DNA of 64,000 nt from Squalus acanthias (GCA_030390025.1 CM059432.1:117554001-117618000); one strand, 5' to 3'; shown: positions 22,007-34,286, numbered from the stretch's first letter. The notes: generated by a model not told the origin, from the sequence alone. Numbers and translations are program-made.

Positions 22007-24003
22007 CTACTTTTTGCCCTTCGAGGGTGATCTCCTTCCCTTGCGCACTTCCCCCCTTCTAACCCTACTGCTCCTCCGTAATGGGACCTCAGTGGCTGCA
22101 GCAAGGCTGGTAGAAGGCTGCTGCTTGTCAGACCCTGACACTGCAGATGCCCCTGAAGGACGGCCTCGACCACTTCTGGGCCTGGAGGGCCCGGCTGCAG
22201 ACTGCACCAACTCTGCATGGGCGGCAGCAGTCTGTCCTACAGGCGGTGGCAAGTGCAGTGGAGAAGTGACAGTGTTGGCAGCAGGAATGCTGTCATCGTG
22301 AGAGAGGACAGCAACTCCCTGCTCGCCCGACACACTGGCACTCCCACGGGGCAGCACTTCAGCATCCGGAGCAATTTGCCGGAGAACAGATTGCTGGCCT
22401 GCTGCGGCGCGGTGACAGCCCCGGGGACATGTGCACGAACCATCGAGGATGGCAGCAGTCAGTGCTCGCGTGGCCTCAATCTGAGTCTGCATGAGAGCAG
22501 TCTCAGATGGATTCCTGGCAGCCAGTGACTGAATTGCAGCAGTAAGCTTTAGTGTGGCATCCGCCTGTGCTACAGCGAAGTGCTCCACACTCCTTGCCAG
22601 TGCCTCAATGCATTCGGGCACCCTTCCCACTGCACCCATGAGCTCAGTGTGCATGCCCACCGCCTGGCTGTTCATTTCTGCAATCAGCCGCTCCTCCTCT
22701 GCGTCCATTGCATTAGGAGTGTCTGGCATACTCTCCCTCTGGGGAGAAGGCTCCCGTTCTTCCCTCCCCCCCGCATGGCGTGGCTGCAGCCCGCTGGGTC
22801 CTGGAACTTCACCATCATCAGCCCCTTCCCCCCTGCTCCCCCGTTCTTCCCTCCCCCCCCAATGGCGTTGCTGCAGCCCGCTGGGTCCTGGAACTTCACC
22901 ATCATCAGCCCCTTCCCCCCTGCTCCCCCGTTCTTCCCTCCCCCCCCAATGGCGTTGCTGCAGCCCGCTGGGTCCTGGAACTTCACCATCATCAGCCCCT
23001 TCCCCCCTGCTCCCCTCCGGGGAAGGCGTGTTCCCAGTGTGGCCATGGGCTTCCTCGGGAGAGGGTGGCACTGATGCTCCGGCTTCCTCTTCCTCCTCAG
23101 CTGCAGCATCACTCCCAGTGGCAGCTTCAGGGACCATCTCCTCAGCTGGTGAATCACCATCTGAAAGCAGGGAGGTACAAGAGTGGCTTTAGCGTGAGGA
23201 CAGGGTGGCAGTAAGGGAGGAATAAGTGCAGCGAGTTAGCAAGTTGGATTGAAAGTGTCAAAGGCTGGTATTGTGAGGGACAAGTGGAAGGACAGAGGAC
23301 AAAAAGGTGATGACCTTACCATTGCTGTCCACAACAGGGTCGGCGTCTCCAGTGGCGACGGGACCGATCACCCGGCTTGCCACAATCCTGTGGACGCGCT
23401 CCTCCAGATCGCTGAGGGGTTGCAGCTGAAGCCGCCCTCCACCCGTCCGTTGCTGCTGTCTCCGATTATGAGCCAGCTTAGCCTGCAAGAAAAAGGACAG
23501 CATCTGAGTCAATATACAGCCATGGTCTTGCCTGATGTGCCTCCCATAGGTGAATAGCCCTTACAATATGCAGCCATGGTCTTGCCTGATGTGCCTCCCA
23601 TAGGTGAATAGCCCTTACAATATGCAAAGTGTGGAATGTGTGTGTATGTTTGATGAAAGGGCCATAGGTGTTGCATGAGTGTTGTGCATTGGGGTTTTAA
23701 GACCCTCTGGCCATAGAGTGAGGTTGAGATGGAGGGATGGAGAGGTATTGAGAAAAAGCCACTCACCCTGACGACCCGAGTGAGGTCGTTGAACTTTTTG
23801 CGGCACTGGACATGGGTCCTGGGCACCATGCTCCTGGAGGAGACGCTCTGAGCCACCTCCCTCCACACTCTTCTGAACTCGCGTGGCAAAGGCCTCCTGC
23901 CACTCTCAGGGAACAGCATGCATCGTCTGCGCTCCACTGCGTCAACCAGAGCATCCAAGGCCCGCTCGGTGAAGCGATGAGCGCGTTCTCTCACCCTCTC
24001 CAT
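22007..24003 (-). CDS. Harbinger Myb/SANT (trihelix) DNA-binding protein, 3 exons, predicted 517 aa
   Basis: Exons 24003-23767, 23482-23320 and 23160-22007 with GT-AG introns (phase 0, then 1) join in frame to 1554 nt. Motifs RFTERALDAL...W.EVA...RTHVQCRKKFNDL and RTGGG. Confidence 0.88.
22754..23014. repeat. 87-bp in-frame tandem repeat, 3 copies (29 aa each)
   Basis: Units start at 22754, 22841 and 22928 and encode GSRGEGADDGEVPGPSGLQQRHWGGREER. Confidence 0.95.
23515..23625. repeat. 54-bp tandem duplication in intron 1 of the Myb/SANT gene
   Basis: cagccatggtcttgcctgatgtgcctcccataggtgaatagcccttacaatatg twice. Also present in copy 2 at about 32858-32955. Confidence 0.9.
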
Positions 24004-25698
24004 GCTTGGCAGCAAAATGGATTACAGGTCTCTCCAGGCTGAGATTCAAGGCTGCAATGAGCAGGGTGTGGCTGGGGAGCAAGTGGCCCCCCCCGCTTTA
24101 AGAAGTGTCCGGCGCCAGTGTGTCTGTGTTCCCTCGCTAACTGGCAGCAGCTGCGCTGCGCTCGTGCGCTGAGGTAGCGCCTCACTCCTAGGCCTTTGCG
24201 CCCTAAGAGAGGTGTGCAGCGCCTAATTTAGCGCTCCACTCACCTCCCGGGGCGGTAAAAGTGAAGTTTCCTGTCAGTGCCGATAATTAGCGCCAGGCGC
24301 TAATATTTGCGCGCGGACGATATTTGCGCCCCAAATGGGGCGCGACCTAATTTCTACCCCCTAGGGTTCCAATATGACGGGCAGCATTCACGCACTTACT
24401 TAGTGTCAGAGGGGCACCGCCCGCCATATTGGTTAGGGTTGCTCAGTGGGCATCCAGGGTCCATGCCTGAAACTGGTGTTAGGCCTTTTGCAAACTGAGG
24501 ATCTACTGCCTGTTTCAGGGCACTTTGCCCAAATTCTCTGTGAATGACCGCAGCATGTGCCGTGCGTAGTACGGCCAGTTTCTTCAGGCGCTCAGCTCAC
24601 CTTGTCGTGGTATTCTCCACCAGGCTCCACATTAGGCAGATGATGGCCACCACCCTTTTTAAAAAATTCATTCACGGGATGTGGACGTTGGTTGTCGTGG
24701 TCCTGCCGCCGGCCTCGATAGGCATGTGCAACGTGTGCTGCACCTGGATCATGACTCGATTTGGGTGCAATCCAATTTCTAGGCAATTATGTTTTGGGTA
24801 GCTGTTGGAATCCAAGAGGCCACCATGTATAATAAATTGATTCAGTGACAGGAGAAAGTCTGGGTCTGCACTGTGCACAATTTTACAAGCAATAATTTTA
24901 CAGCACAGCAGGCACTCGAATATCCCGCGGTGGTGCAAAGTTCGACAATGGTTGCGACATTGTTCATTGAGCGGAGTGTGTGCTACACCCGGCTGAAGGA
25001 GTCGTTGTGGGACCTGGTCGTGCTCCATATTGGCAGCCTGCCAATTTGTAGCAGGAAATCCAGCAATGCATCCAATTGTGAAGGACCTGCAGCAGCACCT
25101 TAAAGGGGTGGGATGGAAGTGTCAGGAGTGAAAGGAATTACCAGCTTATAGCAGCAGGCAAAATTTTTGCAGCACCTATAGCAGCAAAGACTTTGGGGCA
25201 ATAATTTGTCACCTTAGCGCCTCCCCTTAATGGCAGTAGATGGTGCTAATGGGGTGCTAGATCAGTATCGCCGGGGCGAGGCGAATCCAGCGCCGCACGC
25301 CAAATCTGCCCCCCCCCCCATAGCGTCGCCGGTCAGAGGTATTGCGGGAATGTCAACGCCAGGGAGATTGTGACGTCAGTGAGTGTGCAACACTCACTGA
25401 ACGCCCAATTTGCAAAATTGATTTTCGCCACTTACCACACCACCTAGAGTAAACATCGATGGGGACAGCTGGTGTGCAGCACCAGGAAGCCAGCTCCAGG
25501 GACGTTATTAAAAGGGATCATCAATAATCACTCGCAGCTGTCAGGTTAGTGTAGTTTCAGTGGTTTTTGTTAGTTTCACACACTGCAACAGTTTTATTCA
25601 GCTATTTCAATGTTCTTTTGTATTAGGAGTCTTCTGGCAACTAAAAAGTAATTACATTTAGTGTTCAAAGATTCAAACTGCTGCACTTGGTTACATTA

Positions 25699-26781
25699 AT
25701 GGGGGCTGTACTGGCAGTCGACCTCACCCTCCAGGATCTATGGTGGAGAGAGCGGAGGCAGGGAGAAAAACTGGAACATTTGCCCAGAGAGAGGAAGAGG
25801 GCCATCAGGCCTTTCAACAGAAGGCCTTACCGTTCGAGGATATTCCTACCTCCAATTAAGTGATGAGCAGTGTATTAGAAGGCTCCACTTCACCAAGGAC
25901 CTCCAGCCTCAGATCAGGGTGACCACAGCTCTCTCAGTGGCAGTCAAGGTCACTGTCACCCTCAATTTCTTCACCAGTGGACCCTTCCAGTCTGCAACAG
26001 GAGATATAGCTAACATCTCACAGTTCACCATCCATCGCTGCAACCAATAGGTCACAGAGGCTCTCTACAGTAGGAGAAGGGACTAAATTTCCTTCCCCAT
26101 CACCAGAGAGAAGCAGGACGAGCGTGCTTTGCCAGGATAGTGGGAATCCCCATGGTGCAGGGCGCCATTGACTGCACCCATGTGGCTTTGAAGGCACCGC
26201 ATAACAATCCTGAGATCTTCTATAATGGCAAAGGTTACCACTCACTTAATGTGTAGTTGGTGTGAGACCACGCACAGCGAATCCTCACCATAAATGTCCG
26301 CTATCCTGGCAGCAGCCACGGTGCCTACATCTTGTGCCAGACCGGGGTGTCAGCACTCTTCCAGCCACCACATCAAGCTCGCGGCTGGATGGTTGGAGAC
26401 AAGGGCTATCCACTCTCCACCTGGCTCATGACTCCCCTCCGCAACCCCAATACTCCTGCCCAGCACTCATATAATGAGAGCCATGCTGCCACCAGGAATA
26501 TCATTGAGCAGACCATCGCAGTGCTCAAGCAACGGTTCCGCTGCCTTGACTGCTCAGGAGGAGCCCTCCAGCACTCGGCTGAGCGGGTGTCCCATTTCAT
26601 GGTGATCTGCTGCATGCTCCACAACTTTGCCATCATGAGGGCCCAGCCCTTGTCACCAGGGATTGCGGGACCACCTGAGGAGGAGGAAGAGAGAGGGGAG
26701 GAGGAGAAGGAGGATGACGAGGGAAAGGAAGATGAGGAGGATGACAAGGAGGACAAAGAGGAGCAGGAGGAACAGAAGTGA
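25699..26781 (+). pseudogene. Family C Harbinger transposase pseudogene
   Basis: [41 protein letters not shown] and CCMLHN motifs, broken by deletions, frameshifts and stops. Confidence 0.85.
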
Positions 26782-26993
26782 GGGAGGAGACAGTCATTTA
26801 ATTGGCCATCAGACTGTGGTTCGAATGAATTAAACCCCAGATCCCCGTTGCTCACCACATCCCTATCATTCCATCCCTGTCGCAGACCATATCGCAGCGC
26901 AAAGCTGAAATGAGACAAACCACAAAAGAATCCAAATTGAATTGATAAATTTATCAAAAATCACTAAGCACATATTTACACCAAAAATATTAA

Positions 26994-28899
26994 CTATTCA
27001 CTCTTGTGCAATCCCTTAGTGCCTGTCGTTACTGTGCCTTTACCTACCCTAGTGCTCCTACGAAGTGTTGGCACAGTGGCTGCAGCAGAGCTGGTGGAAG
27101 GCTGCTGAGTGCCCGTGCAGGAGACTTCAGATAGCCTTGCAGGACGCCCTCGCCCAGCTCTGGGTCTGGAAGGCCCAGCTGTAGACTGCACCACCTCAGC
27201 ATGTGCGGCAGCAGTCTGGGCTGACTGGATGACAGGCAGCGACAAGGGCAATGGCAGAGTGGCAGTGGTGGGAGCAGGAATGCTGTCATCCTGAGAGAGG
27301 ACAACAGGATCCTGCTCCTCTGACCCACTGACACTCCCCAGGGGCAGCACCTCAGCATTACTACCAATCTGTTGGTGCACAGATTGCTGGCCTGCTGCGA
27401 CACCGTGAAAGCCCTGGTTGACGGTGGTAGACCCAGCCATGATGGCAGCAGTCAGATCTTGTGTGGCATCAAGCTGAGACTACATGAGAGCAGTCTGAGA
27501 ATCGATGGCACCAAGCATAGTCTGCATTACAGCACTAAGACATTGTGTCATTTCCACCTGTGCTGCAATGGAAGCGGCCAGAGTGCCATCATGCGTAACA
27601 TCAGGTCCGGGTCACCACAGTCTCTCTGGGAGTCTACCATCCTTTGCAGACTGGAAATGATGGTCTCCATGGTGTGCGCAGAGCCTTGTGCAATGTTGGA
27701 GGCGGACTCCTCCATGCTCCTTACCATTGCTGAGAGGCTCTCGGGCACCCTTGCCATTGCGCCTATCATCTCCATGCGCATGCCCATCACCCTTCTTCTA
27801 AAGGCATCCCCATCGAGATCCTCATCTGAGTCCTGTGCAGGAGAACCCATGCCCGAACTTTCCCTCCGGGGAGCTGGCCCCCGAGCTACCCTTTACCCCT
27901 GGCCTTGCTGCAGTTCACTCGTTCCCAGTGCCTCACCCTGTGCAGATCCCGCTACTATGCCAGCCTCTAAAGAACGTGTAGTGCCAGTATCTGAGCTGGT
28001 GTCTGCGGGTGAGACATGCAGTGATGCAGTGTGTTCTTCCTGCTCCTCTTCTCCCGCCTCGCTCTCTGCGGTGCCCTCAGGGACAGGCTGCTCAGGAGCT
28101 TGCTCATTATCTGAAAGCATAAAGGCACAAGAGTCGGGTTAAGGTGAGGGGAGGGGGGCAGGAAGAGAGAAATGCATGCATACAGCATGATTAGCTGGAA
28201 AGTGCGAAACACTTGTGGGGTGAGGGGCAAGTGGGTTGTGAGAAGAAGGAGTAGGGATGAACATACCATTGTTGTCCCAAAAGGGGTCAACGTCACTATG
28301 GCCATGGCGCCCACCACCTGGCACCCAATGATTTGCAGCACTCGATTCTCCAGCGCACACAGTGGTTGGGTGTCAGCTTGTCCCCCGCCTGTGCACTCCT
28401 GCTCCCTCCTGTTGTGTGCCACCTTGGCCTGCAAGAGAAAGGAAAGTGTGTGAGTGAGTGTGTAGCAATGTGTTTGGGTGATGTGCCTGCCATCTTGAAT
28501 AGCTGTCATTGTGTGCAAGGTGCGAGATGTGGGTGTGAGTGTTGGTAGGTAGAGATTGTTGATAGGTGAGTGCTGGGGGTGTGGTGCTTTGGGCAGTGTG
28601 TGAAGATTGTGGTACAGATGGTGGTATGTAGGTCGTGTTTGTTGAATCATTCACTCACCCTGACCACCTGAGTGAGGTCATTAAATTTCTTCCTGCACTG
28701 TGTGGGTCCTGGGGACCACAGTGCTGCCCGAGATGTGTTGGGCTACCTCCCTCCACATGGTGCAGAAGACATGTGGTGAGGGCATCCTCCCTCTTGCCGA
28801 GTAGAGCAATGCCCTCCATCTCTCCACAGTGAAAACTAATGACTCCAATGTTTCATTGGAAAATCTGCAGGCTCTCTCCCTGGGGCGTGGATCTGCCAT
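26994..28899 (-). pseudogene. Family C Myb/SANT gene pseudogene (3 exons)
   Basis: Exons at about 28899-28659 (RERACRFSNETLESL), 28428-28267 (AKVAHNRR..TGGG) and 28110-26994 (AGPSRPRAGRGRP...LRRSTR), with frameshifts. Confidence 0.8.
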
Positions 28900-31800
28900 G
28901 AGCACACCTGGTTCAGCCCTCTGGCTCCTTATCCTTGTTCTGCTTCTGCTTGCTGAGGCAGCTGCACAGCCAGCAATGCTGAGAATGAGGTTCTGCAGCA
29001 TCAATGAACCTCCCCTTTAAGAAGTGATAAAAGCCTGTGGCAATGATGAGTTGCAATTAGACTGCACTCGATATTGGTCCACCCTTTGAGTGTAATGCCA
29101 ATGAACTTGGGATTAAGAGTTGATTTAGGACGCCAATCATTTTATTGAGCAATGAGGACGAATTTTGCGTACAGTCTAAAGCATTTGCACCTGGCACTAA
29201 ATCTCCAACTTTTCGACCCATTCCTTGGCTATAACGAATTTCTAGCCCAATATTATATTTGGAAACTTTTAAAGCTCAAAAACCACAAGCAACCACAGTA
29301 AGATAGGTGCCAAACTTGTTTCCAGCTTTCTCTGACTGCAGCAAAGGATTTCTAAAGATGCCTTAATGTATGCTCAAAATAGTCACCTTCCAACTTCTGC
29401 CACCCATGTTTGTTGGGCAGGTGCAGAAATTGGCATTAATCTAGCGGGCAGCAATGAAGCTGGTGTCGGGGGTCATAACTATATTACCTGACCCCAATAT
29501 TCATGAGGTTCCCGTCTGTTTCCAGCAAGAGTTTTGGACACTAGGATCACTTTCCACCCAAAAGCCTGAATGGGTGGACATCAGTAGTAAGTGGGCTTCA
29601 ATTATACTTATTATGGTTGTCCCACTACTGCCCCACCTTTCAGCACAAACAGGATAGTAAGGATATGAAAATCATCCCTGGGTTGCTCCCAAAATTCTCA
29701 AATTAATTTGTGTCATGCTTGATGAGTCCCACAAGAAACATGTACAAAAAGTGAGGAGCACGCTTACCTTTGCCAACAAACTTCTTCCTCATTTTCAACA
29801 GCGTCTGAGGGACCTGGGTGACTGCTTTGACTCAATCAGAAACCTCCCTCCACCCAGCTCGACACTTTTCTTGGATCCTTCGGCTCCAAATAAGACCAGC
29901 TCCTCTGCAGCAGGACCTCCAACTCTTCAGCATCAAAGGCAGCGATGTTGAACATCTGTCTCCACTGTGGCACTGTAAAAAATGGATCCATCTTTCTGCC
30001 AGCACCAACCATCACAACTTCCCTTCTAATGGTGAGCAGCAGCTCTTTAAGAGCTGCTGCCTTGCTGGATTTGACATCCCTGTCATCAGCTAAGTGTGCT
30101 ATCCCCCCAGCCCATGCTCTCTGGGCAAGATTTTCATGTTCTTGTTACCTGTTGAAACTAAGGGAAGGACTTCCATTGAAAAAAATTCTCACTGCCCAAC
30201 CTCAGCACAGGCAAACCTTCACGCAGGACAGTTCAAGCCCATTTTTGCCCTTCTCACAAAATTGAGGATGTAAGGAATATCAGATAAGTCTGCAACAAAC
30301 TGTGTGAAGGACACTAATAACAAGAATGTTTAGTGTAGGGACATTGCACTCGTTTAACCAGATGACAGTAGTCTCAGCTGCTTACTTTCTTGAGTTACAC
30401 TCTTTTCTGAAAGGTTAAAATAGCAATATTGACTGTAACATTTTATTTGCAGTTACAGTGGGTAAATCCCAACAGCTATGGTTCTCAGTTAAGCTTGTAG
30501 TTCAAAAGTAATAAATAATATATGAAAAAAGTAGGTTAATGCATATAGACTGCAGGTGACCTGAGCTGAGCTGTAAAGGAGTTTAGCTTTCAGCCCTCGA
30601 TCCATGGAGGATATTATTCAAGATACATATAGTGTGCCATGATTTATTAATAATTACAGTTCAGGCAAGAGGCATTTATTGTTCGACAAGCTAAAAGTAA
30701 AAAAATACCCAAAGAAAAGAGAAAAACAGCTCTTACAAATATACGTGGATCAGTAAAAGTGGATTTATTCCCATTATTTTCCAGATTTGCAGAAGCCACA
30801 ATTTGTGAAACTTCTAGAAAATCATTTTGGTATTAGCAGAAAATTTGTAGAGGACAAATCCTCTCAAAAAGCTTAATTTATAAATTCTGCAAAATCTTAA
30901 ATACAGACCTCTAGAATACTTACTCCAGTTTTTTAAAAAACAAAACAAAACCATCTTGTAATTGCTTCAAATTATCATGTCACAAAATGGGCTGGAACTT
31001 GCAGGAAACTTAATGGTGCATCTGCAGCGCACACCATGACTACTTCCAGAAAATGATGGTGTGAGTGACTCAGGCCATTGCATACGTCATGCCAAGATTT
31101 CCAGGGACCCTCTGTGCCAGTCTGCTGTGAACCTTGCCGAAACGATGAGAATTATATTATCATATCTCTGCCCCTCTATAAAATCGCTGGCCGTGTCTAA
31201 TTTGCTGGATTAACGCTGCTCTGCTCACCGCTACCAATGAGACTGAACCAGAACAGCACTGGTAACCTGGCAGTGTCATGATTTATTGCTCCAAGATTGA
31301 TTTCCCTCAAACAAAGATCTTTTTACTGATCTTTGCCGATTTATATCTATCAAATATATTGGCTGACCAGAAAGCTTCCTGTTAAATGGAATGGAATTTT
31401 TGAAAGCCATTTAATGTTTGTATCAATTCACTGCTCTCTGGTCCGTTAACAGTCTCAATCACTAATTTTAGCACAGAGAACCAATCCAAAGGCATGTTTC
31501 TTTTAGAATTCATATTGATGTTGATATTGATATTCATTTCCAGATCAATGAGATGGTCAATATTTTGTTGACAGAATAAATGTATTTACTCCTATTTAAT
31601 TTTTATATATGTCTATTTAAAGGTTAAGACACCTATTAGAGACCATGCAGCTGCAGCAGCTCTGAGTTTAAAGGCAGGGATGTCTGAGAAATGAGCTATT
31701 AAATTCTACAAAAGCAAAATACTGCGGATGCTGGAAATCTGAAATAAAGCAGAAAATGCTGGAAATACTCAGCAGGTTAGGCAGCATCTACCTGGAGTAC

Positions 31801-32466
31801 TGTGAGCAGTTCTGGGCACCACACCTTAGGAAGGATATATTGGACTTGGAGGGAGTGCAGTGTAGGTTTACCAGAATGATACCCGGACGTCAAAGGTTAA
31901 GTTACGAGGAGAGTTGACACAAATTAGGATTGTATTCCCTAGAATTTAAAAGATTAAGGGGTGATCTGATCGATGTTTTCAAGATATTAAGGGGAACAGA
32001 TAGGGTAGATTGAGAGAAGCTATTTCTGCTGGTTGGGGATTCTAGGACTAGGGGGCATAGTCTATCAATTTCAGGAGTGAAATTAGGAAACACTTCTACA
32101 CACAAAGGGGGAAAAATTAGGTCGCGCCCTGTTTGGGGCGCAAATATCGTCTGGACGCAAAAATTAGCGCCTGGCGCTAATTATCGCCACTGACTGGAAA
32201 CTTCACTTTTAACGCCCCGGGAGGTGAGTGGAGCGCTAAATCAGGCGCTGCACACCTGTCTTAAGGCGCAAAGGCCGAGCAGTGAGGCGCTAACTCAGCG
32301 CGCGAGCGCAGCGCAGGTGCTGCCAGTTAGCGAGGGAACACAGACACACTGGCGCCGGCCAGTTCTTAAAGGTGGGGGGGGGCAACTTGCTCCCCAGCCA
32401 CACCCTGCTCATTGCAGCCTTGAATCTCGGCCTGGAGAGACCTGTGAATCCATTTTGCTGCCAAGG

Positions 32467-34286
32467 ATGGAGAGGGTGAGAGAACGAGCACAGCGCTTCA
32501 CCGAGCGGGCCTTGGATGCTCTGGTTGGCGCGGTGGAGCGCAGAAGATCTATACTCTTCCCTGAGAGTGGCAGGAGGCCTTTGCCACGCGAGTACAGAAG
32601 AGTGTGGAGGGAGGTGGCTCAGAGCGTCTCCTCCAGGAACATGGTGCCCAGGACCCATGTTCAATGCCGCAAAAAGTTCAACGACCTCACTCGGGTCGTC
32701 AGGGTGAGTGGCTTTTTCTCAATACCTCTCCATCCCTCCATCTCAACCTCACTCTATGGCCAGAGGGTCTTAAAACCCCAATGCACAACACTCATCCAAC
32801 ACCTATGGCCCTTTCATGAAACACATACACACATTCCACACTTTGCATACAATAAGCGCTATTCACCTATGGGAGGCACATCAGGCAAGACCATGGCTGC
32901 ATACAGTAAGGGCTATTCACCTATGGGAGGCACATCAGGCAAGACCATGGCTGTATATTTACTCAGATGCTGTCCTTTTTCTTGCAGGCCAAGCTGGCGC
33001 ATAATAGGAGAAAGCAGCAACGGACAGGTGGAGGGCGGCCTCAGCTGCAACCCCTCAGCGATCTTGAGGAGCGCGTCCACAGGATTGTGGCAAGCCGGGT
33101 GATCGGTCCCGTCGCCACTGGAGACGCCGACCCCGTTCTGGACAGCAATGGTAAGGTCATCACCTTTTTGTCCTCTGTCCTTCCACTTGTCCCTCACAAC
33201 ACCAGCCTTTGACACTTTCAATCCAACTTGCTAACTCGCTGCACTTATTCCTCCCTTACTGCCACCCTGTCCTCACGCTAAAGCCACTCTTGTACCTCCC
33301 TGCTTTCAGATGGTGATTCACCAGCTGAGGAGACGGGCCCTGAAGCTGCCAGTGGGAGTGAAGCTGCAGCCGAGGAGGAAGAGGAAGCCGGAGCATCAGT
33401 GCCACCCTCTCCCGAGGAAGCCCATGCCCACACTGGGAACACGCCTTCCCTGGAGGGGAGCAGGGAGGAAGGGTCTGATGAGGGTGAAGCTCCAGGACCC
33501 AGCGGGCTGCAGCAACGCCATGGGGGTAGGGAAGAACGGGGGCCTTCTCCCCAGAGGGAGAGTATGCCAGCGACTCCTACTGCAATGGACGCAGAGGAGG
33601 AGTGGCTGATCGCAGAAATGAACACCCAGGCGGTGGGCATGCACACTGAGCTCATGGGTGCAGTGGGAAGGGTGCCCGAATGCATTGAGTCACTGGCAAG
33701 GAGTGTGGAGCACTTCGCTGTAGCACAGGCGGATGCCACACTAAAGCTTAGTGCTGCAATTCAGTCACTGGCTGCCGTGATCCCATCTCTGACTGCTCTC
33801 ATGCAGACTCAGATTGAGGCCACGCGAGCGCTGACTGCTGCCAACCTCGATGGTTCGTTCACATGTCCCCGGGGCTCTCACCGCGCCGCAGCAGGCCAGC
33901 AATCTGTGCTCCAGCAGATTGCTCCGGATGCTGAAGTGCTGCCCCGAGGGAGTGCCAGTGTGTCGGTCGAGCAGGGAGTTGCTGTCCTCTCTCACGATGA
34001 CAGCATTCCTGCTGCCAACACTGTCACTTCTCCACTGCACTTGCCACCGCCTGTAGGACAGACTGCTGCCGCCCATGCAGAGTTGGTGCAGTCTGCAGCC
34101 GGGCCCTCCAGGCCCAGAACTGGTCGAGGCCGTCCTTCAGGGGCATCTGCAGTGTCAGGGTCTAACAATCAGCAGCCTTCCACCAGCCTTGCTGCAGCCA
34201 CTGAGGACCCATTACGGAGGAGCAGTAGGGTTAGAAGGGGGGAAGTGCGCAAAGGAAGGAGATCACCCTCGAAGGGCAAAAAGTAG
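32467..34286 (+). CDS. Harbinger Myb/SANT protein, 3 exons, predicted 458 aa, open
   Basis: Exons 32467-32703, 32988-33150 and 33310-34286 with GT-AG introns join in frame to 1377 nt. Confidence 0.88.

Larger units (their letters stand above)
20040..24360 (+). mobile_element. Apparently intact autonomous PIF/Harbinger DNA transposon (family A, copy 1, 4321 bp)
   Basis: 12-bp TIRs tgggtaaaaatt and aatttctacccc. CTA is duplicated at 20037-20039 and 24361-24363. Two convergent, open genes. Confidence 0.92.
25195..29248 (+). mobile_element. Degenerate full-layout Harbinger (family C)
   Basis: Left end ggggcaataatt and candidate right end aatttctagccc. Transposase on + and three-exon Myb gene on -. 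Confidence 0.75.

Noticed and set aside
20882..23214. Long antisense and alternate-frame ORFs over the Harbinger genes
   Set aside because: Shadows of GC-rich coding sequence and tandem repeats, with no recognisable domains.
30432..30510. Possible exon TVGKSQQLWFSVKLVVQ
   Set aside because: Good acceptor but weak donor, and no recognisable homology.
32224..33102. 292-aa ORF as the real protein
   Set aside because: It starts at a non-ATG codon in the subterminal region and runs through an intron with consensus splice sites. The spliced model fits all families better; intron retention is noted only as a hypothesis.
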